From contig CAKUKE010000008.1 in the NCBI GenBank assembly GCA_934662505.1, positions 1,076 to 65,075 of the forward strand: a stretch of DNA of 64,000 nucleotides, given 5' to 3'. Of the stretch, positions 1-11,004 are shown one piece after another. The stretch comes from an uncultured Clostridia bacterium. GTDB taxonomy: Bacteria > Bacillota > Clostridia > Christensenellales > Aristaeellaceae. The notes below the pieces were generated by a model that was not told the origin of the DNA, made no database searches, and was given only the letters and a program-made list of their open reading frames with translations. The translations under genes were made by a program, and so were the position numbers. Position 1 is the first letter of the stretch. Each line of letters begins with the position of its first letter.

Positions 1-1291
1 TTTCCAGACGCACCAGCACCACTTTTTCGCCCTTCTTGCCATGGACGGCCGCATCCTCGGCGGTAAAGACGATGTGGCCGGCGGCGGCGCCGGGAGAGGC
101 GGCAATGCCCTTGCCGATGGGCTGGGCGGCCTTGAGCGCCTTGGCGTCGAAGGTGGGATGGAGCAGCATGTCCAGCGACTTGGCGTCAATCTGCATCAGC
201 GCTTCTTCCTCGGTGATCATGCCTTCGTCGATCAGGTCGCAGGCGATCTTGATGGCGGCGGCGGCGGTACGCTTGCCGTTACGGGTCTGCAGCATGTAGA
301 GCTTGCCGTGCTCCACGGTGAACTCCATGTCCTGCATGTCGTGATAGTGGTTTTCCAGCGTCTGACATACGTTGACAAACTGCTTGAAGGCTTCGGGGAA
401 CTTCTGCTCCATTTCGGTGATGGGCATGGGCGTACGCACGCCGGCCACCACGTCCTCGCCCTGCGCGTTGGTGAGGAATTCGCCGAACAGACCCTTGCTG
501 CCGGTGGCGGGGGAACGGGTGAAGGCCACGCCGGTGCCGCAGTCATCGCCCATGTTGCCGAAGGCCATCATCTGCACGTTGACGGCGGTGCCCCAGGAAT
601 AGGGAATGTCGTGATCCATGCGGTAGATGTTGGCACGGGGGTTGTCCCAGGAGCGGAATACGGCCTCGATGGCGGCAAAAAGCTGCTCCTTGGGGTCGGA
701 GGGGAAGTCGGTGCCCAGCTGCTTTTTATATTCGGCCTTGAACTGCTCGGCCAGCTCATGCAGATCTTCGGCGGTCAGTTCGGTATCAAAGGTGATGCCC
801 TTGGCTTCCTTCATGGCATCGATGAGCTTTTCAAAATACTTCTTGCCCACTTCCATGACCACGTCGGAGAACATCTGGATAAAGCGGCGATAGCAGTCCC
901 ACGCCCAGCGGGGGTTGCCGGATTTTTCGGCGATGACGCGCACCACGTCTTCGTTCAGACCCAGATTGAGGATGGTATCCATCATGCCGGGCATGGAGGC
1001 GCGGGCACCGGAGCGGACGGACACCAGCAGGGGGTTTTCCTGATCGCCGAACTTCTTGCCGGTGATCTCTTCCATCTTGCTGATGTAGGTCAGGATCTGC
1101 GCCTTGATCTCGTCATTGATTTTGCGGCCGTCCTCATAGTACTGGGTGCAGGCTTCAGTGGTAATGGTGAAGCCCTGAGGCACCGGCAGACCGATGTTGG
1201 TCATTTCCGCCAGATTGGCGCCCTTACCGCCCAGCAGCTCGCGCATGGAGGCGTTGCCTTCGGTGAACAGGTACACGTACTTTTTCGCCAT
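1..1291 (-). CDS. ppdK: pyruvate, phosphate dikinase, N-terminal ~430 aa (gene runs off the window start)
   Basis: Reverse-strand ATG at 1291-1289 reads MAKKYVYLFTEGNASMRELLGGKGANLAEMT..., the PPDK ATP-grasp N-terminus. GGAG lies ~10 nt upstream and the frame stays open to position 1. Listed + ORF 41..1300 is its antisense shadow. Confidence 0.93.
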   Translation of the reverse strand, partial: MAKKYVYLFTEGNASMRELLGGKGANLAEMTNIGLPVPQGFTITTEACTQYYEDGRKINDEIKAQILTYISKMEEITGKKFGDQENPLLVSVRSGARASMPGMMDTILNLGLNEDVVRVIAEKSGNPRWAWDCYRRFIQMFSDVVMEVGKKYFEKLIDAMKEAKGITFDTELTAEDLHELAEQFKAEYKKQLGTDFPSDPKEQLFAAIEAVFRSWDNPRANIYRMDHDIPYSWGTAVNVQMMAFGNMGDDCGTGVAFTRSPATGSKGLFGEFLTNAQGEDVVAGVRTPMPITEMEQKFPEAFKQFVNVCQTLENHYHDMQDMEFTVEHGKLYMLQTRNGKRTAAAAIKIACDLIDEGMITEEEALMQIDAKSLDMLLHPTFDAKALKAAQPIGKGIAASPGAAAGHIVFTAEDAAVHGKKGEKVVLVRLE

Positions 1292-1369
1292 GTGAGATAA
1301 ACTCCTTTCGGATAATGGAATAACAAGCGTACAGCCGTTCGGAAAAAATGGATTCTTTCCTATTAGTTT

Positions 1370-1398
1370 ATTATACAGGGAAATATAGGATTTGGCAA
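1370..1398 (-). promoter_or_regulatory. sigma-A type promoter for ppdK
   Basis: Minus strand reads TTGCCA (1398-1393), 17 nt spacer, TATAAT (1375-1370), about 80 nt upstream of the ppdK ATG. Confidence 0.5.
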
Positions 1399-1548
1399 GT
1401 GTTTTGCAGATAAAAGCAGGTATTCGGTCACAAAATCCGTATGATGAAGGGTTTTATACGGCGCCTGCTGCGTACGCTGTTTCCGCCCCTTCGGCAGAAA
1501 GAAAAACAGACGGCTGTACTTGCGCCCGGGAAGGGCAGGAGGAGACAA

Positions 1549-2055
1549 TCACCACACGGGCGGCTGCCAGAGGGTCACCTCACCCTTTTGCAGAGTCGCG
1601 GGCACGTCGATCAGGCGCTGATTGCGGCTGCCGCAGAATTTCAGCTCCAGCGAACGCTCCTTCTGGATGAAGGGACCGTCCACCAGCACGTCCGTTGCAG
1701 CCAGCAGCGCCATCTGATCCGGGTCGTTCCGCCGGGTCAGCTCTTCCCATGTATAGCCGGTATAGACCCACACGTTCAGCTGATGGGCATGCGCCGCGCG
1801 CGCCAGCGTCAGACAGGGCAGGGGCTGCTCCAGCGGGTCGCCGCCCGAGAGGGTGATGCCTGAAAGCAGGGGATTTTTCAGCATTTTGCCGATCAGGGCG
1901 TCCGTGTCTTCCTCATGCCCTCCGGAAAAGTCGTGGGTCTCCGGGTTGTGGCAGCCCGGGCAGTTGTGGCGGCATCCCTGGGTGAATACGGTAAAGCGCA
2001 GTCCCGGACCGTCCACGATGGAATCGTTGACCGTGCCTGCAATACGGATCATCAT
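1549..2055 (-). CDS. nrdG: anaerobic ribonucleoside-triphosphate reductase activating protein (radical SAM)
   Basis: 168 aa with CxxxCxxC cluster motif GCRHNCPGCHN. Sits directly downstream of nrdD on the same strand. Confidence 0.92.
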   Translation of the reverse strand: MMIRIAGTVNDSIVDGPGLRFTVFTQGCRHNCPGCHNPETHDFSGGHEEDTDALIGKMLKNPLLSGITLSGGDPLEQPLPCLTLARAAHAHQLNVWVYTGYTWEELTRRNDPDQMALLAATDVLVDGPFIQKERSLELKFCGSRNQRLIDVPATLQKGEVTLWQPPVW

Positions 2056-2132
2056 GGCATTTTCCTCCTGAAAAGGATGATATCACGAAGGCGCGCCGCG
2101 GAACGCCGTGCGCGCCTTCAGAACAGATGGTT

Positions 2133-4451
2133 TTACACGTTGTGCTTGACCCGGTCGTGCTCCTCGGCCCGCTTGGCATTGTTGAAGCGGTCCAGCGTGC
2201 CGACCAGATAGCCTGTGATGCGGCGGATACGCTCGAAGGGATGATCCTCCTCCTTACGGCCGCACAGCGGGCACTGATCCCCGATGATGCCGTTGTAGCC
2301 GCACACCGGATCCCGGTCTACCGGGTGGTTGATGGAGCCGTAGCCGATGCCCGTATCGTGCATGTGGCGCACGATCTTTTCGAAGGCTTCCAGATTCTGC
2401 AGCGGGTCGCCGTCCATTTCCACATAGGAAATATGGCCGGCGTTGGTCAGCGCATGGTAGGGCGCTTCGATGGAGATCTTGTCAAAGGCGCTGATGGGGT
2501 AGTACACCGGCACGTGGAAGGAGTTGGTGTAATAGTCCCGGTCGGTAACGCCCGGAATGATGCCGAACCGTTCCTTGTCCATGCGGACGAACCGTCCGGA
2601 CAGTCCTTCGGCAGGGGTGGCCAGCAGGGTATAGTTCATGCCGGTTTCCGCGGTCTTCTGATCCATGTAGCTGCGCATGTAGCCGATGATCTCCAGACCC
2701 AGATTCTGGCTTTCCTCGCTCTCGCCGTGGTGCTTGCCGCGCAGCGCCTTGAGCGCCTCGGCCAGCCCGATGAAGCCCACGGACAGGGTGCCGTGCTTGA
2801 GCACCTCGCCCACCTCGTCCGTCCAGCCCAGCTTTTCGCTGTCGATCCATACCCCCTGCCCCATCAGGAAGGGGAAATTATAGACCTTTTTGTGGGCGAC
2901 GATCTGATAGCGCTCATAAAGCTGATCGCATACCAGATCCATCATGTCCTTCAGGCTGTCAAAGAACAGATCCACATTGCCCGCCGCCTTGATGGCCAGC
3001 CGGGGCAGGTTGATGGAGGTGAAGGACAGATTGCCGCGGCGGGGGGCAATTTCCCGGGTGCGGTCATAGGCGTTGCCCATCACGCGGGTGCGGCAGCCCA
3101 TGTAGGCCACCTCGGTCTCCGGGTGACCGGGCTTGTAGTACTGCAGGTTGTAGGGCGCGTCGATAAAGGAAAAGTTGGGGAACAGCCGCTTGGCGCTGAC
3201 CCGCATGGCCAGCTTGAACAGGTCGTAGTTGGGATCGCCGGGGTTGTAATTGACCCCCTCCTTGACGCGGAAGATCTGAATGGGGAAAATGGGGGTCTCG
3301 CCCCGTCCCAGACCGGCGTCGGTGGCCAGAAGCACCTGCTGCATCACCAGACGGCCTTCGGGGGACGTGTCGGTGCCGTAGTTGATGGAGGAGAAGGGTA
3401 CCTGCGCGCCGGCACGGCTGTTCATGGTGTTCAGGTTGTGAATGAGCGCTTCCATGGCCTGATAGGTGGCACGGGTGGTTTCCTTCACCGCGTGCTCCTG
3501 CGCAAAGTCCAGCATGCGCGCGGCCAGTGCGTCGTCGCCCAGCTTATCCGTCAGCGCCCGCAGCAGGGCGCTGCGCGTGGACTCGCTTTCCTGCAAAGAG
3601 GGCTCGGCGCCTTCTTCTCTGGCGGCATTCAGCACGGCCCGGGCGTCTTCGTCGGCCAGGGTATCGCCGGTGAGCAGCTCCAGCGCCCGGGACAGGTTGT
3701 CCCGATACCGTTTGAGAAAGGTCTTGCGCACACCCTTGGCCATGCCGTAGTCAAAATCCACGATGCTCTGACCGCCGTGCTGATCGTTCTGGTTGGCCTG
3801 AATGGCGATGCAGGCCAGCGCGGAGTAGCTGGCGATGTCGTTGGGCTCGCGCAGCACGCCGTGACCGGTGGAAAAGCCGTTTTTGAACAGGGATTCCAGT
3901 TCAATCTGGCAGCAGGTGGTGGTCAGCGTCAGAAAGTCCAGATCATGAATGTGGATGTCGCCTTCCCGGTGCGCCTTGGCGTGCTTGGGGTTGAGCACGT
4001 ACATGTCGTAAAACTGCTTGGCGCCCTCGGAGCCGAACTTGAGCATGCTGCCCATGGCGGTGTCGCCGTTGATGTTGGCGTTTTCACGCTTGATGTCGCT
4101 GTCGGCGGCGTCCTTGAAGGTGATATCGGAGAAAGTCTTCATCAGCCGGGTATTCATTTCACGCACCCGGCTGCGCTCGGCGCGGTAGAGGATGTAGGAC
4201 TTGGCGGTGCGCACAAAGCCCTTTTCGATCAGCACCCGTTCCACCGTGTCCTGTACGTCCTCCACGGAGGGGGTGCTGCTGACGGCTTCGTTGTTTTCCA
4301 GCTCGCAGGTCACCTGATGCGCCAGTGCCTGCGCCGTTTCCTCGCCCTTGGCGCTGCCGGAGGCCTTCAGCGCCTTGAAGATCGCCTGACTGATCTTTTC
4401 TTCGTTGTAGGGCAACACCCGTCCGTCGCGTTTCTGAATGGTTTCGATCAT
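2133..4451 (-). CDS. nrdD: anaerobic ribonucleoside-triphosphate reductase (class III RNR)
   Basis: 772 aa with ATP-cone N-terminus (MIETIQKRDGRVLPYNEEKI...), C-terminal Zn ribbon CPLCG and glycyl-radical motif RRITGYLVG. Paired with nrdG. Confidence 0.96.
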   Translation of the reverse strand: MIETIQKRDGRVLPYNEEKISQAIFKALKASGSAKGEETAQALAHQVTCELENNEAVSSTPSVEDVQDTVERVLIEKGFVRTAKSYILYRAERSRVREMNTRLMKTFSDITFKDAADSDIKRENANINGDTAMGSMLKFGSEGAKQFYDMYVLNPKHAKAHREGDIHIHDLDFLTLTTTCCQIELESLFKNGFSTGHGVLREPNDIASYSALACIAIQANQNDQHGGQSIVDFDYGMAKGVRKTFLKRYRDNLSRALELLTGDTLADEDARAVLNAAREEGAEPSLQESESTRSALLRALTDKLGDDALAARMLDFAQEHAVKETTRATYQAMEALIHNLNTMNSRAGAQVPFSSINYGTDTSPEGRLVMQQVLLATDAGLGRGETPIFPIQIFRVKEGVNYNPGDPNYDLFKLAMRVSAKRLFPNFSFIDAPYNLQYYKPGHPETEVAYMGCRTRVMGNAYDRTREIAPRRGNLSFTSINLPRLAIKAAGNVDLFFDSLKDMMDLVCDQLYERYQIVAHKKVYNFPFLMGQGVWIDSEKLGWTDEVGEVLKHGTLSVGFIGLAEALKALRGKHHGESEESQNLGLEIIGYMRSYMDQKTAETGMNYTLLATPAEGLSGRFVRMDKERFGIIPGVTDRDYYTNSFHVPVYYPISAFDKISIEAPYHALTNAGHISYVEMDGDPLQNLEAFEKIVRHMHDTGIGYGSINHPVDRDPVCGYNGIIGDQCPLCGRKEEDHPFERIRRITGYLVGTLDRFNNAKRAEEHDRVKHNV

Positions 4452-4541
4452 GACAAAAAGCCTCCTAATGCTTTGTTGCAGTGCGTGCGTTTATTTTTTG
4501 CAGGGCGCAGGGCGCCGCCGTGTTCTCAATTGAAAACCGCC

Positions 4542-4557
4542 TCCCATTATATGGTGG
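4542..4557. promoter_or_regulatory. NrdR box 1 (overlaps the -10)
   Basis: tcccattatatggtgg matches the 16-bp NrdR palindrome acaCwAtATaTwGtgt in its core (CaTTATATgG). Confidence 0.6.
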
Positions 4558-4574
4558 ACGGCTGGAAAAGTCAA
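4546..4574 (-). promoter_or_regulatory. nrdDG promoter
   Basis: Minus strand reads TTGACT (4574-4569), 17 nt spacer, TATAAT (4551-4546), ~95 nt upstream of the nrdD ATG. Confidence 0.6.
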
Positions 4575-4589
4575 CACAATATATAGATG
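4574..4589. promoter_or_regulatory. NrdR box 2 (abuts the -35)
   Basis: acacaatatatagatg matches the NrdR box. Its centre is 32 bp from box 1, the known tandem-box spacing. nrdR itself is at 24552..25016. Confidence 0.65.
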
Positions 4590-4674
4590 TTTTTGCGGGA
4601 ATCCAGCAAGAATACTGTATACATTTCCGCTGGAAGGGGACGGGAAAGAGGCGGCCGTCCGCCTCTGCCCGGTC

Positions 4675-4968
4675 TCAGGGCAGCACGATGACCGGGTCTT
4701 TTTCTCTGGGACGGTAGATGGTGAACCGTCCGCCGATGCATTGCACGGGCGCCGCGCCGGTGCGGGCGCACAGCTGCTCGCAGGCGTCCCGGGCGGACAG
4801 GGGCGCCCCCTTCTGGAGGGAGCACTTGATGATCTCCCGGGCTTCCAGCGCGTTTTCCGCTTCCTGAACGGTATTGTCGGTCACACCATCCTTACCGATG
4901 AAGAGAATGGCGGGGAGGGTATTGCACATGGCGCGCAGATAGGCGCGCTGACGGCTGTTGATTTCCAT
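4675..4968 (-). CDS. yhbY: ribosome assembly RNA-binding protein YhbY (CRM domain)
   Basis: 97 aa with the typical YhbY pattern ...LRAMCNTLPAILFIGKDGVTDNTVQEAENALEAREIIK. Downstream of obg, as in many Firmicutes. Confidence 0.85.
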   Translation of the reverse strand: MEINSRQRAYLRAMCNTLPAILFIGKDGVTDNTVQEAENALEAREIIKCSLQKGAPLSARDACEQLCARTGAAPVQCIGGRFTIYRPREKDPVIVLP

Positions 4969-5207
4969 GACGGGTCTCCTTTACTTACATGATGCGAAGA
5001 ACAGGGACAAAATACGTTCCTGCGCCGGCGCAGCGGTGAAAGCGCTGCCGCCGAAGGGACAGGGGCGTATGCTCCGCACCGGCAGAGAGAGCACGCGTTC
5101 GGGCGCGTCCCTGCAGGGATGCAAAGGCGCGTTTGCCTACGCCGGCGCACACGCCTGCGCGGGGAATACGACGATCCCCGCACGGCAAAAACTCCTGAAC
5201 GGAGGGA

Positions 5208-6503
<1,296 letters not shown>

Positions 6504-6577
6504 TCATATAGTATACCACGGGGCGGGGCGGGTTTGCAATCCCCAAAACGGGAAAGCCCCGTTCCCCGGCGCAGGGG

Positions 6578-7021
6578 TCAGGCGCCGCCGCTCTTCCGCG
6601 CCAGCGCGTTGGTGTCCACCGTTTTGCGGTATACGACGAACCGCTGATAGAGAAACTCCGTGACAAAGTTGACCAGCATGGTCAGGGCAAGAATGAGGTA
6701 CTCGTTCCATTGCAGGCGGGTCAGCGCGTCGCCGCCCCAGGTGGACAGGGGGGTGAACACGGCGTAGTACAGCGCGACCAGCGCCATGCACTTTGGCACG
6801 TTGGCGTCGCTGCGAAAGGTGTAGCGGCGGTTGAAGGTAAAGTTCCACAGCACGGACAGGATCAGCGCGACTGCATAGGACAGCCAGTAGGGAAGGAAAA
6901 AAACACTGCTCAGCAGCGCGAAGGAGGCAATTTGAAGGATGCCTGCCGAGGCGGAAAACAGCGTGAATTTGACCACCTGGCCGAAGGAGGCGCCCCGGGG
7001 CGCGGGATTATTCTGAGACAT
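6578..7021 (-). CDS. GtrA family membrane protein
   Basis: 147 aa with four predicted TM segments and a GtrA-like signature (...LWNFTFNRRYTF...). Confidence 0.75.
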   Translation of the reverse strand: MSQNNPAPRGASFGQVVKFTLFSASAGILQIASFALLSSVFFLPYWLSYAVALILSVLWNFTFNRRYTFRSDANVPKCMALVALYYAVFTPLSTWGGDALTRLQWNEYLILALTMLVNFVTEFLYQRFVVYRKTVDTNALARKSGGA

Positions 7022-7067
7022 GGAAAAGCCCTCCTTTCGGGATTGGACGGAAGAGAGAAAAGGCGGC

Positions 7068-8279
7068 TCAGTCCAGATATTTCAGCCGCCGCACCGCATA
7101 GAGATAGAGCAGCATGGCGCTGGAGTACCCTTCGGAACAGTCGGTGGCCTGCCCGGTCAGAGGATCCAGCTCCTGTGTGAAGGCTTTGGCGTTTTCCCCC
7201 GCCAGCGCGGACACCCAACGGCGAAGCACGTGGTCATGATCCGCTTCCCGGTGGTAAAAATCCATCCACCGCTGGCAGCGCAGTGCGGTGAGCGCCTGAG
7301 AAAAGTAGCCCCAGCAGTTCTGCATGGCGTGGTTTTGAACGGCCGGGTCGTTCAGCGCCATGGAGGGAAAGGGAAAGGGGGTGAAAAAGGCGTCGGGGTC
7401 CCGCATGTGGCGGTCGTAGATCCGGTCGAAAAGGGACTGAGAAAGCACGTGCTCGCCGAAAACGTTGCTCACGGCGATGGAACGGAATCGGCGGAAATGG
7501 CCGGCTGCATCCCGATCGTAGAAAAACAGATCCTTCTCGTCAAAAAGCCGGTCCAGCATGGCCTGCTGCACGTTTTCCGCTTTCCGCGCCCATGCGGCGG
7601 CTTCCTCTCCGCGTCCCAGCAGCTGTGCCATGTCCCGCAGCGCCAGCCGGTCGCCGTAGAACACGGCGTTCATATCCGGCGCCAGCAGGGGCAGGGCGGG
7701 ACGGTCGGCGGGCAGCGCCCCCAGCGGGTCGGGACATAGAAGGGGAATGTCCTGCAGCCGGGCGCTGTTGTCGTGCCCGGTGTCAAACAGGCAAAACAGC
7801 TCGATCAGTCCGGTGTTTCGGGTCATGCGGTGGGCGCACAGCCATTCGTCCCAGCGGACGCACCCTGCATAGGCCTCCGCAAGGAACGCCCGGTCGCCCG
7901 TCAGTTCATACACTTCCAGACAGAGCCGGGCGAAGGCCACGCATTCCTGGATCTGGGTAAAGTTGACCGCCTGCATCCCGGGATAAGCCCGCTTTTCATC
8001 CAGCACGCAGAAGGGCAGACGACCGTCGGCACGCTGATTGCGCAGAAACAGCAGCATCTGGTTGCGGGCTACGCTGCGGGCAAGGGTGCTTTCGGGGTAC
8101 AGACGGGCGTAACACACCCCGTCGAAGGCATGCTCCAGCCACACGCCCGGATAGGTGTCGGAAATGAGCAGAACGGGACCGGGCTGACCCGGAAGGGTGC
8201 GGATGTGCCGTTTGGACAGACGCTGTTCGGCCAGACGGTACCTTTCCAGAATGCGCTGCCGGGACGGCAAGTCCGCCAT
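7068..8279 (-). CDS. putative six-hairpin (alpha/alpha)6 glycoside hydrolase, GH63/MGH1/trehalase-like
   Basis: 403 aa with motif LFDTGHDNS and overall resemblance to MGH1-like/GH63 glycosidases. Divergent from a GH29 fucosidase. Family call is from memory of motifs only. Confidence 0.5.
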   Translation of the reverse strand: MADLPSRQRILERYRLAEQRLSKRHIRTLPGQPGPVLLISDTYPGVWLEHAFDGVCYARLYPESTLARSVARNQMLLFLRNQRADGRLPFCVLDEKRAYPGMQAVNFTQIQECVAFARLCLEVYELTGDRAFLAEAYAGCVRWDEWLCAHRMTRNTGLIELFCLFDTGHDNSARLQDIPLLCPDPLGALPADRPALPLLAPDMNAVFYGDRLALRDMAQLLGRGEEAAAWARKAENVQQAMLDRLFDEKDLFFYDRDAAGHFRRFRSIAVSNVFGEHVLSQSLFDRIYDRHMRDPDAFFTPFPFPSMALNDPAVQNHAMQNCWGYFSQALTALRCQRWMDFYHREADHDHVLRRWVSALAGENAKAFTQELDPLTGQATDCSEGYSSAMLLYLYAVRRLKYLD

Positions 8280-8376
8280 GTGCGTTTCCTCCCCGCTGCG
8301 CCGGTGGCACGGCGCGTATCGGCTTCATTATAGGGGACGGGCGGGAGCGTGTCAAGCGAAAAGCGGGGAAACGCAG

Positions 8377-8405
8377 TTGACAGAAGCCGCCGGATTCTAT
8401 ACAAT
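8377..8405 (+). promoter_or_regulatory. promoter for the fucosidase gene
   Basis: TTGACA (8377-8382), 17 nt spacer, TACAAT (8400-8405), ~65 nt upstream of the ATG at 8472. Confidence 0.5.
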
Positions 8406-8471
8406 CAGAACAGGAACAGTCAGAACCGGCCTATTGCGTCACATCGTTCATAACGACAGGAGGAACATGCC

Positions 8472-9836
8472 ATGACGGAAGCGTTGAAGGAAGCCCTGCG
8501 GGGCGACGTGATGAACCACTCTGAAGCGGACGCCTATGTGCCGCCCCGTGAGGCGGCCGTGCGGGAGAGACTGGAATGGTTTCGGGATCAGAAGCTGGCG
8601 CTGATGGTACACTGGGGCGTGTACGCCCAGATGGGCATGTGCGAGAGCTGGCCGCTGTCCGACGGGGATGCGGACTGGGCGCGGCGGGACTACACCTGGG
8701 AAAAGGATCCGGCGCTTTTCCGCAGGCAGTACTTTGATATGAACCGTTCTTTCAATCCTCTCCGCTTTCAGCCGGAGGAATGGGCGGATTTTGCCAGAGA
8801 CGCGGGCATGCGCTACCTGATCTTTACCACCAAGCATCACGACGGCTTCTGCATGTATGATACCCAGTGCACCGACTACAAGGTAACGGGGGCGGATTGT
8901 CCCTTCCATACCCACCGCTACGCCAATATCGCCAGGCATCTGTTCGACGCGTTCCGCAGCCGGGGGTTGGGCATCGCCGCGTACTTTTCCAAGCCGGACT
9001 GGCACTGCCCCTGGTACTGGGCGCCCGGGTGCGAACTGCCGGTGGCGCACTGGCGCAATCCGACCTATGACCCGCGGCAGCGTCCCGACCTGTGGGAAAA
9101 ATTCATCGCCTTCACCCACCATCAGATGATGGAGATCGTCCGCGATCTGGGACCGGTGGATATCCTGTGGCTGGACGGCGGGCAGGTGGGACCGCGAAAC
9201 TGTCAGGACATCCGTCTGGGCGAACTGGCGGCGCGGGCGCGTCAGGTGAACCCCGGGCTGATCATTGCCGACCGTACCATCGGCGGCGAATATGAAAACT
9301 ACATCACCCCCGAGCAGCAGGTGCCCGACCATTACATCCCCGTGCCGTGGGAAAGCTGCATCACGGTCGGACATTCCTTTGCCTTCGGGTATGAGGACGA
9401 ATTAAAGCCCCTGCGTCAGCTGGTCAACCTGCTGGTCGACGTGGTAGGCAAGGGCGGCAACATGGCGCTGAACATCGGCGCGCAGCCGGACGGAAGACTG
9501 CCGCTGCGGGCACGGGAGCGGGCACTGGAGCTGGGCGCGTGGCTAAAAAAGAACGGGGAGGCGATCTACGCGACCCGCGCTCTGCCGCCTTATTTTGCGG
9601 GCGAGTGGTCCTTTACCCGCGGCAGGGAGGCCCGTTATGCGCTGTGGCGGCTGCCGGAGGGCAAGCGCCTGGGAAGCAGTGTTGTATTGCCCTTGTCCGG
9701 GGTGCGGGAGGCCGTGCTGCTGACGGAAGGGGTGCCCTGCCGGACGGAAGACAGGGGTGCGTTCGCCGTCGTCCACTTCCCGGAAGGGCTGCGGGACGCC
9801 TGCCCCGTCTGCCCCGCGCTGCGCATCAATCCGTAA
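8472..9836 (+). CDS. alpha-L-fucosidase (GH29)
   Basis: 454 aa with GH29 hallmarks ...LALMVHWGVYA...YLIFTTKHHDGFCMYDT.... AGGAGG RBS 8 nt upstream. Confidence 0.88.
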   Translation: MTEALKEALRGDVMNHSEADAYVPPREAAVRERLEWFRDQKLALMVHWGVYAQMGMCESWPLSDGDADWARRDYTWEKDPALFRRQYFDMNRSFNPLRFQPEEWADFARDAGMRYLIFTTKHHDGFCMYDTQCTDYKVTGADCPFHTHRYANIARHLFDAFRSRGLGIAAYFSKPDWHCPWYWAPGCELPVAHWRNPTYDPRQRPDLWEKFIAFTHHQMMEIVRDLGPVDILWLDGGQVGPRNCQDIRLGELAARARQVNPGLIIADRTIGGEYENYITPEQQVPDHYIPVPWESCITVGHSFAFGYEDELKPLRQLVNLLVDVVGKGGNMALNIGAQPDGRLPLRARERALELGAWLKKNGEAIYATRALPPYFAGEWSFTRGREARYALWRLPEGKRLGSSVVLPLSGVREAVLLTEGVPCRTEDRGAFAVVHFPEGLRDACPVCPALRINP

Positions 9837-10014
9837 AAGGCAAAGGGGTTCGGACAATCGCGAAACCGCGCGGAAAAGCATCGAAAAGGACGCGTTCGCT
9901 TTGGCGGACGCGTCCTTCTGCATGACCGAAAAAAAGAAAGTGAAAATGAAAGCCGGTAGCAGGCAACGGCCGTGCCGGTTTTACTGACCGGCGCGTTTCT
10001 CCGCGTTCCCTGCC

Positions 10015-10827
10015 TTACTGGATCCAGTCGGACGGGGTCACGCGCAGGGGCTCGCCGTGCTTGATGTCGGACAGGAGCATCAGCGACCGTTCCCCGTCCA
10101 CCAGATGTTTCCCCTGGTTTTCCATGGCCAGCACAAAGCAGATGCCCGCCACCGTGACGTCAAATTCGCCCATCAGGGATACCATGCCCGCGGCGGTGCC
10201 GCCGCCCCGCATGAAGTCGTCCACGATCAGCGCCCGCGTGCCGGGCTGCACCGCCCGCCGGGACAGGCTCATGGTCTCAATGCTTCCGTTTCCTGAAACG
10301 TAGCTGATGTTGACCGCGCTGCCTTCGTACACCTTGGTGGAGCGCCGGGCGATGATCAGCGGCACCTTGAGGAACCGTGCGGTCATCAGCGCCACGGGAA
10401 TGCCCTTGGTTTCCATGGTCAGCACAAAATCCGCCCGTACGCCGTAATAAGCGCTGGCGATCACCCGTCCCATGCCCGTGACCAGCTCGGGGTCGGCCAG
10501 CACGTCGGAAAAATACAGGTATCCTCCCGGCAGCACCCGGTCGGGCGTCATGAGCTTCTGGCAGATTTCTTCAATGAACGGCCGCTGGGAGCCGCCCACC
10601 TGATAGGGACGGTACCTGACGCCGCCCGCTGCGCCTGTGACCGTTTCCAGCCGCCCCATGTGGAACTGATCCATGGTTTTTTCCAGCAGCGCGATATCCT
10701 CGCTGATGGTGGACTTGGCCGTCTGGAACAGGTCGCAGAAATAGGACAGGGTGAAGATACGGTTGGGAGAACCGGTGAGCACCTGCGTGATGACCGCCAT
10801 GCGCTCGTTGCGCTTGATCTTTTCCAT
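10015..10827 (-). CDS. purR: pur operon repressor PurR (Bacillus type)
   Basis: 270 aa with N-terminal PurR wHTH (MEKIKRNERMAVITQVL...) and a C-terminal PRTase fold with ALIVDDFMRGGGT. Confidence 0.92.
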   Translation of the reverse strand: MEKIKRNERMAVITQVLTGSPNRIFTLSYFCDLFQTAKSTISEDIALLEKTMDQFHMGRLETVTGAAGGVRYRPYQVGGSQRPFIEEICQKLMTPDRVLPGGYLYFSDVLADPELVTGMGRVIASAYYGVRADFVLTMETKGIPVALMTARFLKVPLIIARRSTKVYEGSAVNISYVSGNGSIETMSLSRRAVQPGTRALIVDDFMRGGGTAAGMVSLMGEFDVTVAGICFVLAMENQGKHLVDGERSLMLLSDIKHGEPLRVTPSDWIQ

Positions 10828-11004
10828 GGAAAAAAGCCTCCTTGGGCATCGGTAAGGAACATTGTACCATTATAACACATCTTTCCGAATATTAAAAGGG
10901 GCATGGCAGAAAATTGTTCGCATTTTTTCACGGTATCAGGGTGCCCGGCATAGCATGAAGCAGGGCGCGCCTGCGCTCAAAAAAGCGGAGTGTGGTGGAA
11001 AACC

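Noticed and set aside
41-1300. 419-aa plus-strand ORF covering the ppdK region
   Set aside because: It is the antisense shadow of ppdK. It has a Gly/Ala/His-rich, low-information sequence with no recognisable motifs. The minus strand encodes an unmistakable PPDK N-terminus.
1329-1520. 10-bp inverted repeat gtacagccgt / acggctgtac flanking the ppdK promoter region, 180 bp apart
   Set aside because: The repeat is short and its arms are widely spaced. Chance is a plausible explanation and there is no supporting structure or motif.
2127-4586. 819-aa plus-strand ORF opposite nrdD
   Set aside because: Antisense shadow ORF typical of GC-rich DNA. The same reasoning applies to 5313..6647, 12817..14559, 14496..16130 and 16243..18981 on the plus strand. 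It also applies to 18912..22919 (1335 aa), 28619..30712, 32834..34930 and 38422..40689. Each lies opposite a gene with strong family motifs.
4611-4630. Palindrome tgtataca upstream of the nrdD promoter
   Set aside because: It is only 8 bp and AT-rich, and it matches no regulator consensus that I can name.
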